64,000 bases of DNA from assembly GCF_001194135.2 (NCBI RefSeq), contig NC_068994.1, forward strand, positions 41,450,049 to 41,514,048, given 5' to 3'. The stretch's first letter is position 1, and each line of letters starts with the position of its first letter. The stretch comes from Octopus bimaculoides. Its lineage: Eukaryota. The notes beneath the pieces are model-generated. The model was not told the origin of the DNA. It worked only from the letters and a program-made list of their open reading frames with translations, and ran no database searches. Positions 36,646 through 50,163 of this stretch are shown here, in pieces. The translations under genes were made by a program, and so were the position numbers.

Positions 36646-37499
36646 AACCCTGTTGTTAGGTGGTTGTGAAGCAAATTTCTTAACCAGTAAAGTGATGGCT
36701 GTACATATGTGTCAAAAAATCATGTTTATTAGCTATTTTCATGTAAACACAATCCACTACAACATGAGAACAGTCAAAGATTAGTTTAATGAAAACAAAA
36801 TAAGAATGAAAACACGAGATTCAAATTATTGATTATCTTGTGAGCATGATGAAGTTTCAAGTGGGTGTTTATATCGATTAACAGAGACTGGTTTCAATGT
36901 ACTTACAAATGTAAGATGCATTGCATGTAAAAAATTGAAACTTTAAAAAAAATCACTGTTATTGTTTTACTCTAATTCTAGTGGAAAAGAACTTAACCCG
37001 TTGCCCACAGAGAAGTAAAATTATGAGCAATAAGAGCAATATATTAGAAGCATGAGGTTAACTCTGGACCCTATGAAGCTGGTTGTAGCTGCTGTTAGCA
37101 AAAATTAATTTAAAAACTTCATAGAATGAACAAAATTGTAATAAGTTATTTTAGTGTGAGGTGTCAAAACATCCTGTATTTTGGACATTTGTTCTTCAAA
37201 GAGAAAGTATATAGAATAAAGAATATAGGAACATTGGTGGGAAAGATATAAGCTTTACTCTGCATTTTCTTCCTCTCCAAAAAATAAACAGTGCCCCAAA
37301 CATTGAGTTTTCATCTCTCAGAGTTAACCAAGCTACATTTTTTCCCTACAAATGTTTATATTTTACAAGTATAGCATTTCCCCCTTAATCTGGGATTATT
37401 GCACCAAAAGATGCTCAGACTTGATAACAGTTATACGTTTATTGCAGAGAATTTGCTTCCATCCACTACATTGTGCATTAAAGTTCATTATCATTTGGT

Positions 37500-37720
37500 T
37501 GAGCTTGCTCAGACACTTTTAACCCACACACACCATCCATCTTGGTCCTGCATTAGTTGATGAAGCTCTTTGGGGAGGCATCCAGTGTCTCTGGTGAGTT
37601 GATCTACATATTTTGTGTTCAGACGACCTGTTTGAGTATGGCCATGCTTTCCATTCACAGTTGCTATGTTTAGTTTGCCAGTAATGTCCTGCAAAGTACA
37701 AGCATCTTTACCTTATAAAG
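37500..37720 (-). mobile_element. RTE-like LINE 3' coding fragment
   Basis: ORF 37509-37694 ...KHGHTQTGRLNTKYVDQLTRDTGCLPKELHQLMQDQDGW matches the HG...GRP..Y.DQL..DTG...M.DR..W C-terminus of RTE-type LINEs. Confidence 0.7.
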
Positions 37721-39869
37721 GTGGAAACAGGCAAGAGGTCTCAACGTAATTAGTGCCAACAATTATTTTTGATAATGTTTCTCAAGAACTGATGGGCACA
37801 ACCAATATTCTAAATTCAAATCCAGCTCAAGTCAATATTACATATCACCCTTCTAGATTTATTAAACAAAGTACCAGTCAGAAACTGGAGCTGAACTTAT
37901 CAGCTGTATGCTCCCTAATATGTTGTTATCTTAACAACCAGTAATGTTTCTTGCCACCGGGCCAATGAGAAGAATTGTTAGAGCATCCAGTAGAATGCTT
38001 TGTGATGAACATTCCAGTTCTGTGTGCTCTGAGTTCAAATCCTATAAATGTCATCTCTGCCTTTCATCCAGTTTTGTAGTGGGAGACGGCAGGATGGAGG
38101 TGGAATTAATACATAAAATACTAGTCTTGTAACAGGGTCAGTTCTTCTCTTTTTATCACTCTTGCTTTCCTTCTGTTTATTTGTATTCATCTCTCAAAAA
38201 TATCAGTAGACAAACATACATGTATATGTATATGTACAAACATAGTTAAGCTTAAGGATTCAGATTTGTGTGGGACACAAAATGAGATTAATGGAAGTTC
38301 ATGTCCTTGACAAAGTCACTAACAAAGGCTATTTAAGTAAAAGGAAACAGTTGCAAAAGGTGACAGGAAAAATAAAGTGAGGAGAAGCCAGAGATATATC
38401 TCATCAAAATCACTCCAATATCATAAGGGGTTCATTATGAAAACTCCATATTATTAGACATTTTAGAGTGTCCATCCACCCAGTGCTTTAGAGATGTACA
38501 TTCCAGTCTTTCGGATGATTCATAGATGAAAAGTTACCTGTGAAACTATTAGTTAATCAATGAATGCATTTCACTAGACATTCTTGCTTGCTCTGATTAA
38601 TTCAGCATCAGGTTTCTATGAAAATATAATTCAGATTTCATTCCCTGTTGACCAATCTGAGTGACCAGTCTCTTTTGTAGAAATGGAAACTGGCTAAGCC
38701 ACAATTAATACCTCACTTATATAAATCAATAATGTTATAATACCAGAGAGCTGTGTATTTGGCAGCAGTTTTTAGAGGTGTTTAGAGTCCATTAAACTAC
38801 TGGACACATTGCCAAAATAGTTGACCACAGCAATGGTTGGCTCTAGACTGTAGGTATCACTGAATATAATTCTTATTCCTGATCAATTTCCACAACTTAT
38901 TTCAGTGATATATATTTTATATTAGCCAGACAAAATGCTGTGTCTATTACACTGCAGAAGAGACGTTTTAATCACTTAAGAAAATAGAAAATAAAAAATA
39001 TTGTTATATAGACATTTTTTATTCTACTTTTTAATATGACAGTCTACCAGAAGGCTGCAAGCTTGTAATTCATTATTACTTTGGACAAAATGCTTAGCAA
39101 TATTTCTTCCAGTTCAATATGTTCTGAGTTCAAATTCCACCAAAGTCAACCTTAGCTTTTTTCCTTTCAGGGTTCATGAATTAAAGTATCAGTCAAATAC
39201 TAGGGTTGAATAACTCCACTCCTTATCCTTGTTCCAAAATTAGAAAGAATATTACAATCTACTATAAAATGGGAAAATATTTCATTCCATATCTACAATA
39301 TGGTAACTATCACAATCCTGATAGGTGGAAAATCAGCAGAATTGTTCAAGCATTAGATAAAATAATCATGGCATTTGATGTGATTCACTGCACTCTGAGT
39401 TCAAATTCTGCTGAAGTCACCTTTGTTTTTATTCACTTCAGGGTTGATAAAAGCATACCAACCTGGGATGAGAGGTTGACGAAACTGTAAGAACATTGAA
39501 CTGGAAGCCTGGTGGCTATTTGTGTTCTGAGTTCAAATTCCACTTAGGCTTACTTTAATGGTAAGCTTCATTCATCGCCACCTTATTTAGTGCCAATAAC
39601 TGGCATCTTGGGTGTTTTAGCAGAGTTCATTCTGTTGGAAGCATTCAGGTCACATCTCCAGTTTAAGAAGGAAATCCTACGCCATTCTCCCTTCGTCCAA
39701 CAACTCTTGGAGACATTTCAAAAGGGTCATGGGTACTGCCACACCCTATCCTTGACTAAAACATGACAGCAAAAAGTACTCCAGAAGTATGGCAAAACTT
39801 CTTAGCAAGTCATGGAAGACAGTCATATTAAAAAAGGAAAATAAGGAATATGACATAGTTTTTGAAACA

Positions 39870-40115
39870 TGGGCATGGCTGTGTAGCTAGGAACCTTATG
39901 TAACCATGTAATTTCAGGTCCAGTACAACAATATTGCAGCTTGAGTAAGTGCCTTCTTCTACAGCACTGGGTCTAGCAATGTCTTGTAACTGGATTTGGT
40001 AGATAGAAACTGAGAGGAAGCATGTATATGTGTTTACGTATATGTGTATACATGTTTATGGGTGTGTGTGTGATAGTGTATGTGTTTGTCCTCCACCACT
40101 ACTTGACAGCCAGTG
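39870..40115 (+). mobile_element. SINE family B, 3'-interrupted
   Basis: 5' half and microsatellite are present; similarity stops at cttgacagccagtg, where the R4/Dong fragment begins. Confidence 0.6.
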
Positions 40116-40666
40116 ATGATAGGGAGATAAAGAGAGGTAAGACTTGGTACAAGCACAAACCATAGAGAGTGGCGGAATAGGAAACTAGCAAAATCTTCTG
40201 GGATTTCCCAATCCAAACAGATCAGGTTCTAGAGCATAACAGAGCAGACCTAGTGGTGGTGGACAAGATGCACCACATAGGCTATATAGTTGATGTTGCA
40301 TGCTTCTTTGATCCATGAATAGTCAAGAAGGAAGGTGTAAAGATAGATAAATACAATCTTCTTAAGTACGAAATAGCCTCGCTATAGAAAATGAAGAAGG
40401 TGAAGATAGTGTCAATTATTGTCGAGTCCTAGGGAACAGTATCAGAAGATATCAAGGAAAATTGGAATAGAGTGCCCAGTAGAACTGTTACAAAAGGTTG
40501 CCTCCTTGGCATGGCCAGAATAATCAAGAAAGTTTTAGATAGTTGAAAAGAATGGATAGCATGGTACTGAAAGCTGCAGGTAGCAAACCCATAGTGCATG
40601 CAAGACTCCAGGATTCTAATAAAACCTGTGATAAAGAGAAATGATAATAATAATAATAACAATAAT
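40116..40666 (+). mobile_element. R4/Dong-clade non-LTR retrotransposon, 5'-truncated (REL endonuclease region) with (AAT)n tail
   Basis: Frame with stops: WYKHKP*RV..KIFWDFPIQTDQVLEHNRADLVVVDK..IVDVA..KKEGVKIDKY..KIVSIIVESLGTV..LLQK..LLGMARIIKKVLDS* (stop at 40546), then a 3'UTR and AAT tail. Confidence 0.85.
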
Positions 40667-40883
40667 CCTTTCTACTGGAGGTACAAGGCCTCAAATTTGT
40701 GGGATGGGAACTAGTCAATTATACCGACCCCAGTGTTTCACTGGTACTTAATTTATCAACCCCCCTAAAGGATGAAGGGCAAAGTCGGCCTCGGCAGAAT
40801 TTGAACTCAGAACATAGCAATGGGCAAAATACTGCTAAGTATTTCATCCAGAACACTAACAATTCTACCAGCTCACCGCCTTA
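40660..40883 (-). mobile_element. SINE family A variant with ATT tail
   Basis: Reverse complement begins taaggcggtgagctggtagaattg, with gagttcaaattctgccgagg and a tail ...gtagaaaggattatt. Confidence 0.85.
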
Positions 40884-41408
40884 CCAGACAGTGGCTCTCA
40901 TGGCTTTTGATCTTAACTGATTGGAAGTGTTATCATATACGTTGTTTTGTGTTGGTATAAAAGATGGGCTACAGCAAATATTTGCTTGTTAGTTGTTTAA
41001 CCTTAACCAGTTGAGTATGTCCCTTATTGGCTGACGATATGTGCATCTCTGATCATGAGCAGAAATAGTGGGGAAGCATCATAGCTATGTGTTGAGAGGA
41101 ATTCTTTGGGGTTTGGATAATTCACCTCTGGAAACATGGGTGTTGAATTCAACATCCTTAAACAACCCTTATTCAGGGATCTTTTGAGTGGGATGGGCTA
41201 CACGACCGGAAAAAAATCTAACTGGGACCCACCTGCAAGTTCATGTTCTGTTTATCTTGATATGAGATCACTATGTTCAACACATATGGCTGTGATGCAT
41301 GTGCCTGGTGTACTGGGTAGTCATGATGGGTATAATGGGCTTCATATATTTTACCCCAGTGTCACTTTGATGGCATGCACTGCTCTCTCACTCAATAATA
41401 ATAATAAT
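40884..41408 (+). mobile_element. About 520-bp interspersed repeat ending in (AAT)n (unclassified)
   Basis: GC-richer non-coding block between two identified TEs, ending ctctctcactc(aat)n. It resembles a common octopus repeat as I recall it, unverified. Confidence 0.5.
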
Positions 41409-41707
41409 CAGTGGAAGCTTAGTACTACGATAATACCAGTGGTAACTGGTGCATTGGGAATGGTAAAGAAGGGAGCTGAGAAGTATATTAAGCATCTCCC
41501 TGGTTACTCCAATCTCCATGTACTACAAAAGAGAACCTTGATAGGTACAGCCCATAGACTAAAGAAAGCACTCTCCATCTAAAACGGAATGAATGTGGCG
41601 ATAATTTTAGCCTGCATAGCAAAACAAAAGTGCCCTTGCTACTCCTGGCCTCTGGAGGATGCGCGGTACTAAGGCAGCTGAAATAAAGTTATAATGGAAG
41701 CCATAAC

Positions 41708-41741
<34 letters not shown>
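41409..41741 (+). mobile_element. Second R4/Dong fragment, inserted in (AAT)n
   Basis: WKLSTTIIPVVTGALGMVKKGAEKYIKHLPG..LQKRTLIGTAHRLKKALSI* (stop at 41582), with (AAT)n on both sides. Confidence 0.8.
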
Positions 41742-42449
41742 CATTATTATCATTATTATTATATATATACATGACAAACGTCTTCAGTTTTTGTCTAGAA
41801 AATTCACTTATTAAGCTGTGGGACCAAACCTGAAATTATGTGGCTGGGATGCAAACATCTTGCCATCCAACCATGACTGTGCTTGTATTTTATTTTTATT
41901 TTAAGGTGTTTTGGATGGCAACACATGAGCATCAAAGGGAAATGCATCAAACACCAATATACATTGATGTACTAAAGAAAGATTGTAAAAAGAGAAAGTT
42001 CTGATGTGTTAGAACAATGTATGTGAGATAAGATGGCTAGGGGCACCCCTGGAGTGCTTGTCTGTGAAAGACCTTAAAATGATAAGATAAAATGGTTGGG
42101 TTTGATTTGCAAGGTAAGGTGTTTCGTGGGAGATTTGGCTGTTATTTCTAGTGTTTTAACCTACTGTATACAGATGTCCCTTGCCTTGATACACAGTTAA
42201 TATACGCAGTTAGTTTTAACAGATAGCAAGGTAATTACCTGAGTGTAAATGTAAACGAGGAGCAAAAGCAAAAAGAAGATAGAAGGGGGAGGAGGAGGAA
42301 GATGAAGAGAAGGAGGAGGAGGTGGTTGAAGAAGGAGGAAGAGGAGAACAGCAACAATGATAGCAACAAGAAAAACAAGAAGAAAGAGGAGAAGGTGGAG
42401 GAAGAGATACACATTTCGTTAGTTACAACACTCCACTAATATCTGTCAC

Positions 42450-42484
<35 letters not shown>

Positions 42485-42959
42485 GTCTCTCCCCCCTCTC
42501 TCTCTGTGACTGTCATTCTCTCGCTCCCTTAGTTCAATATCTTCACTAGTTTGATACATTAGCATTGTTCTTCAGATTTTAATAATTTCCTTGATAAATA
42601 CAGTATTCTATATCATTTAATTGCTGTACTTGTCCCTCACACATCGAATTACACTAATTTCTGATTTGAAATTTCTTAATATCCAGTGAATGGACCAGGG
42701 ATCAAACTGAACTCTAGACAAAAGATTCATAACAACGAGAGAGGATATATTGAAAAGGCGGAGCGAGCATTGTTGAGATGGTGAGATGTTGGCTGAGCTA
42801 GATTAGTCACTGACACACACACAGAGATATAACTCAATAAAACTGATTAATAATTAGATATGAATGAATTGAAGAAATAATTCAGCCCATCCGTCACGGT
42901 GAATAGATTTGAAATGCGTCTACTTTCCTTTACTTTCATTATTATTATTTTTTTTTCCA

Positions 42960-43176
42960 TTATCAACGTTGTTACTACCACCACCACCACTGCCGAAACT
43001 ACAACTACTACTAGCACCACCACCACCATTGCTACAACCATCATCATCATCGTCATCGTCATCGTCACCACAAGCACAACCACCACCACCACCACCGTGA
43101 CCATCACTGCCATTGAAACCACCACTGCCACCAATACCACCACCACCACCACCACCACCATCGCCACCACCACCAC

Positions 43177-43211
<35 letters not shown>

Positions 43212-43215
43212 CCAT
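42960..43215. repeat. Compound (ACC)n/(ATC)n trinucleotide block
   Basis: Directly visible; explains the poly-T/I/V/M ORFs in the track. Confidence 0.95.
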
Positions 43216-43743
43216 TTCAGATATTTGTCTTTAGAAAGGAGTATGTTGTATATGATAGTTAATGATGTTGTATATGATAGTTAAACTATTTGTTTCACTG
43301 AACAATGATAATCGTAGATATGACTGTGAGAAAGGGAGGCTGGGCGGGAATGAGAGAATGATGGAAAGGAAGAAAAATCATAGGAATGGGCACAGCTGTG
43401 TGGTTGAGAGAAATTTACTTTGCAACTACATGGTTCTGGGAACAATCCTACTATGCAGTGCCTTCCACAAATGTCTCCTTCTGTAGCCTTAGGTTAACCA
43501 ATATTCTGAGAAAGAATTTCATTGATGAATAGCATGTTGTACACATTCAAACACACACACACACACATGTATGTATTTTGATGTCGCTCATTGGATAGAG
43601 TACTTTTTTACTGATCTTAGCTTAACAGAATTGTAAACTATATATATATATATATATATACATACATATATATATATATATACATACATATACATACATA
43701 TATATATACATACATATATATATACATACATATATATATATAT

Positions 43744-43807
<64 letters not shown>

Positions 43808-44024
43808 TTACATATATGCATGTGTATACACACGCACACACATTAGCTTTTAATTTAATAACAGTTTGATGCTTTGTAGGCTTATCACATGAACCTAACT
43901 CATTAAGCTTTGAGGAGCCTATGAAATGTTAAGTTGCATATAGCCAAATCAAACTGTTCTTAAATACTAATATATGTAGTCCTACCAGATGTGTTAAATA
44001 CCTCTTTCTTTCATTTGTCAACTG

Positions 44025-44507
44025 ATCATCATCATCATCGTTTAACGTCCGTTTTCCATGCTGGCATGGGTTGGACAGTTTGACTGAGAACTGGCAAGCC
44101 AGTAGGCTGCACCAGGCACCAATTTGATCTGGCAAGGTTTCTACAGCTGAATGCCCTTCCTAATACCAGCCACTCTGAGAGTGTAGTGGGTCCCTTTTAC
44201 ATGGCACTGGCACAGGAACCTGTCCGAGGGCACTGGCATCGACCATATTCAGATGGTTCTTTTTATGTGCCACCGGCGCAAGAGCTAGTCAGTGGGCATT
44301 GGCATTGACCACATTCGGATGGTGCTTTTTATATGCTACCAGCATGGGGAGCCAGTCAGACAGCACTAGCTTTGACCCACACTTGACCCACGTGCCTCCA
44401 GCATGGGTGCCAGTCAAGCAGCACTGGGTCTCAGTCTCTTGTCATTGCCTCTGTGAGGCCCAACATTCGAAGGTCATGCTTCACCACCTCATCCCATGTC
44501 TATTCCT
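44025..44507 (-). mobile_element. RTE LINE 3' end with tandemly repeated 3'UTR units and (GAT)n tail
   Basis: Minus frame TWDEVVKHDLRMLGLTEAMTRD*, then 2-3 diverged units of about 65-70 bp (gcactggcatcgaccatattcagatgg...), then a tail complementary to atcatcatc. Confidence 0.85.
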
Positions 44508-44517
44508 AGTATAATAT

Positions 44518-44558
<41 letters not shown>

Positions 44559-44795
44559 CCTTGTAGAATGCTATGCAAAGCTCGTCCACAGTTATTGGGT
44601 ACCTAATGTCATCATACAGTTTAAATGCTCTTGTTATTGGATATACATCTGGAATTCCATTGTATCCATTGAGTTTATATACATAGATAGATGATGGACT
44701 GAATGATATTCTTTATTTAAAATCATTACAATTGTTTTGACACATATTTACACCTGTAGTACTTTGATGTAATGTGTAATCATTATCATCATAAG

Positions 44796-45025
44796 GTAAG
44801 TGTTTAAATAAATCCTTCATCAGGCCCTAGTGTCATTTCACTCAGTGACAGAATGCATACCCAAAATGATGATTCTATTTCTTTATTTCTGTATTTTTTA
44901 TTTTGATCACAGTTTTATTTTGTCTGTTATTATAACTATGGCTTTAGTTTTGTTTGTAAACAGCTAAAAATGACACATCATGAAGTGACATCAGGATCTA
45001 ATGAAGGATTTATTCAAACAATCAC
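44796..45025. mobile_element. MITE-like element with about 45-bp imperfect TIRs
   Basis: tgtttaaataaatccttcatcaggccctagtgtca versus the right-end reverse complement tgtttgaataaatccttcattagatcctgatgtca (29/35 identical). No TSD is evident. Confidence 0.65.
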
Positions 45026-45157
45026 GTGGGGAGGTGTATTTTACACCATGAATGGATAAAAATGATTACACATCTCTGCAGTGTACAAGTGTAAAAATAT
45101 GCTCAAATGATCATAGTGATTTTAAATGAAGAATGTCATTCATTCCATTTCTATTAT

Positions 45158-45194
<37 letters not shown>

Positions 45195-45407
45195 TGTACG
45201 TATGTACGTATGTATGTATGTATGTATGTATGCACCACTGTGTATGTGAGGTTAAGAAGTTCATTTTACTCCTACATGGTTTCAGGTACGTTCCCACTAC
45301 CTGTAGGGCACCTGCAGCACATATCTTCTATTGCAGTCCTAGCTAAACCTTTGAGTGAATTTAATAAACAGGAACTGAAATACAACTCCTCTGTGTGTCT
45401 GTGTATA

Positions 45408-45475
<68 letters not shown>

Positions 45476-45709
45476 CAGTATTATAATAGATTATTGCATT
45501 CAACATCAATATTGAATATCTTTTCCCTACTCTCTTGTTTGTAAATCATATACACAGTATCTTTATGTAAATATCTGTATATACACACATTTATGTATGT
45601 GTGTATATATATACACATGTATGTATGTGTATATACACATATATATATATATATACGTATGTATGTATGTGTGTATATATCTATTTATATGTATATATAA
45701 ATATATTTA

Positions 45710-45743
<34 letters not shown>

Positions 45744-46249
45744 TATATGCATACATGAATCTATGCATGGATGTATATTCCTTTGTGCTTGAATCTGGGC
45801 CTTGGGTTTGTATTATGCCTCTTTATATCCCATAACTTAGTTGTTTGGCAAATAAAGATTGATAAAATAGAAGACAGAATAAAATATATACTGAAATTCA
45901 ATGTGATCAAATGAAAATGGCATCCTTCCATGACCACAATCCATGGAAACTATCTTTTCTACTTCTAAGATTAATGTGGAAAATTTGTAGGTAAGAGAAA
46001 AAAATTAGTTAAGGAAAAAGTTAATATTTTATTGAATGGCTAACATCCAACAATTTCCCTATGACATACCTTTCTTCACAATCAGTAAAGCATTGTAAGT
46101 TGTCTATAAAAAAAACTTTAAAAGGAAGCTTACAATTGTTTAATATCAAGAAAAGTAGAAATTAACAGGTGAAATAATTTATCAATATATGTACATATAC
46201 ACACCGATATATGCATATACGTGTGTGTGTAATTCTATAAGTATATGCA

Positions 46250-46282
<33 letters not shown>

Positions 46283-46329
46283 CGATAGATAGATATGTAT
46301 TTATATCTATCTACCTATCTATCTATATC

Positions 46330-46396
<67 letters not shown>

Positions 46397-46965
46397 GTGT
46401 GTGTGTATGTGTACCTGTGTTCATATATATGCATATTCTCAATTCACTTTAGTCATAACCTACCAGAATATACAATATACATTTTAAACATCTTTCCTTT
46501 ACTTATTTTTAGTTTTTGTTTATAAATTCACATAGAACTTAGTTTACTTAAAAATTTTCATTGAAATACTTCACTGAACATATCTTATTTGATTTTTGTA
46601 TTGAAAATTGGTAATTTATCAGATGACCGAATATGGTTCTCTTGAATAACAGTAAAAACAAATAAACAGAGATACAGATTGAAAAAACAGATAAAGTTTG
46701 CAAATAAACAAATATCTTTTTACAAGAAAATAAATATATGAAAAATAAAAGAGAAAGCAAGAAGCAAAAAGCAAAAATAACAAATAAGCTTCTCCTTTCC
46801 AGTAAAGTTGAGTAAAAGCAGGTGTTCAGAATATTGTCTTCTTTCACTTAAATGATTTTACTAGAATTTGTTATGTACACATACACACAAACATATACCA
46901 CACTTGCATTCAGATGCCACACATATACATGTGTACATACATACAAACACGCATATATGAATGTA

Positions 46966-47028
<63 letters not shown>

Positions 47029-48631
47029 NNNNNNNNNNNNNNNNNNNNNNNNNNNNNNNNNNNNNNNNNNNNNNNNNNNNNNNNNNNNNNNNNNNNNNNN
47101 NNNNNNNNNNNNNNNNNNNNNNNNNNNNNNNNNNNNNNNNNNNNNNNNNNNNNNNNNNNNNNNNNNNNNNNNNNNNNNNNNNNNNNNNNNNNNNNNNNNN
47201 NNNNNNNNNNNNNNNNNNNNNNNNNNNNNNNCATGCGTGTGTACGAGCACACGCATGCATGCATATGTATATTTAAAAACATTTTGGCGCCATTTATGGT
47301 TTGGAATTTTATCTGAGAAGATGAAGGAACAAAAAAAAAAAGAAAGAAAGAACACCGATCTTTTCTAATCAGCAACATAGATATATTCCTCTAAAATATC
47401 ATGCCATTTCTCTATGTGACTTATAAGAAAGAGAAGAAAACAAACAGATAGCAAACAGGGAGGGGAGGGGAGGGAGGGAGTGGCAAAAAAATGAAAAATA
47501 TATAGAAAATGAGAGTGAGCAAGAGGGAGTGGTGGGAGCAAGAGAGAACGGTGTGGTGTGGTGTGGGTGGAAATGAATTAATATAGTTTATTGTTTCCAT
47601 GTTGGGTGATGGAAGCAAGCGAAATGATAAGATAGCCAGCTGTCATGATAACATGGAAAATAATAATGACGTTGATGATGATGATGATGATTCAAAAAAG
47701 GAAAAAGATTGGAAAATATAATATTACAATAACAACAGCAACAACAACATGCTGTCTATTTACTGTAAGGTGAGAACGGTTGATAGTTGAACTTAATGAT
47801 GTTGTGTGTCGTAAGTGATGAGAAATGGATGTTTACGTTCAACTAATATTTAATAAATATATCAATAGATATTGCTACATGTGCATATACTCCCCAAATA
47901 CGCATGCATGCACAAAATACACACGCACACACACACACATGGTTGAAAGGCTAGATAGATAGATAGATATATAGATAGATAGATAGATAGATAGATAGAC
48001 AGATAGACAGACAAGCAGACAAGCAGGCATATATATATATACAATAAATATTGCAAAAGCTGAGACCTACAAGTTTATTTTTATATTTCAAGCACTTTGT
48101 ACCCAACTCTGGATTATCCAATCTATCCATTTTTAAGGCAGTAACAAATGGTTTCAGAGAGACTTGTCCACATTTTCTAGTGATTGAGCAACTGTATAAA
48201 GGCTTTCTTAATACAAAACTGAAGATTTTGGTTTTAGCTTCAAAGTTTCCTTATTTCTTCCTGCTAAATTTACAATTGCTTAAGTTTACCATTCTGTCAT
48301 TTGGGTTTGGGAATCAGTGAAATTGTTAATAGTTATAAGTTTTTAAATACCAGCAATAGAGCCTTTTACAAAATATATATTAGTCCCAGAATAATATAGG
48401 ATGTAAAAAGAAGCAAAAATGGGTTGATGTTCCCCATATGGCCAAATCTGAAAATTTCTTCACGGGCATGTTCAGCAAGACATACACACTTTTAAACATG
48501 CACATACATGCACACATATACACACATGCACACACGTACACAGACACACACACACACATAAACACACAATGAGATATACACGTCAGAGTTTGATAAACTG
48601 TAATCATGACAGAAACAAGAGTTGACTGATG

Positions 48632-50163
48632 TCATTATATATAAATAATCTTTCAATTCCTATGTTCTCAATGAACGAATGCTTCATTACATGTAAGATT
48701 TTCTTTCTAATACTGTTTCTCAATGAACCATTACTTGTTAAAACTTGCTATAACATAAGTTTGATAAACGAAAAAAGGAAATATTCCCATGTATTTGGCA
48801 AATCAGGCAAGGCAATACATTGATTTACTTGCTCATGATCATTGCACTTGTTTTATTTGTATTTTTATTTATATATATTTTGATTCACAAAATTTTGCAA
48901 TGATACGTATTGGAGGCATGAAAAAAAAAAAAAAAACATTAGCAAGCTATAATATAGCATACAATATTGAAAGTATTACAATTCCTTCATTTCCAAGTAA
49001 TGTTTCACACACTACTTAAGAAATAATTGCTTATTAATAGACTATCAGTCAAGAAATTTAAGTTTAATCAAAAACAAAACAAAGAAGAAACTGTTTATAT
49101 ATATTTTTTACATGGGCAACACTGGATAACTTTAGAAATACACACATGCATACACATTTAGATTTGTAAGGCAGTTTTGGTAAAAATAGGTTAATAAATG
49201 ACAGGGCTGTCTCAAATCAAACAATCATTGTCATACCTATCTAGCTATCCAAGGTGTTCTCTCTCCTCTACTCCTCTTTCTTTCCTTATTTTTACCTGTA
49301 TGTATGTATGTATATTACACAACTACAAAATACAGTTATAGATTTTTACTAGTCCTAATGTAAAATACAGCTATAAGCACCCTATCTTTATATACACCGA
49401 TTTCATGGATAGAAAGCAAAGAATTAACAAGATTAATTTTAAATTTGTGTTATGAGTTCATCAATAAGCAAGTATCCTTTTTAACTGCACTTGGAAATAC
49501 TGCTTATAAACTCACTATTACTAAAGGCTAGAGTATATCAGAGTGGCTAATTCGCATATATAATGTATTATTTGCACCTATTTTAGTAGATAAATTACTG
49601 ATCCATTAAATAAATTTTGTTTCAGTACTAAGCTATACTATAGAGCATATTTATATATTTTAGCTAACATGATATATAACTAACAGATGTAAACATATTA
49701 TCCTTAAATAAGTGTGTGTTTTTGTGTGTATATTCATGAACGATAAAAATTGATCTCTCTGATCTACTTATTCCTTTTGTAATAGTGGGTTTGTAAACAG
49801 TGTCTCTATGGATAGTGAAAGAGGTACTCAGTTGTTGATGAAAATTCAGCAAGGGTTTGAAATCGATTCAGCTCATTCTTCTTTTCATGTCTATGATGAC
49901 ATAGTATATAAGGACAAGATCTGTTCATCTGTACATCAATTACGTTGTTGACTAAAATCTATAGATATTTTCTGTGGTACAGTATAATATTGATATCATT
50001 ATATATAAATAATCTTTCAATTCTTATGTTCCCAATGAACGCTTCATTAGATGTAAGATTTTCTTTCTAATACTGCTTCTCAATGAACCATTACCTTTTA
50101 AAACTTGCTATAACATAAGTTTGATTAACATAAAAAGGAAATATTTCCAAGTATTTGGCAAAT
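48632..50163 (+). repeat. About 170-bp direct repeat pair (48632-48803 and 49996-50163)
   Basis: About 11 mismatches plus one 4-bp indel by hand alignment; the copies start 1364 bp apart. Confidence 0.9.
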
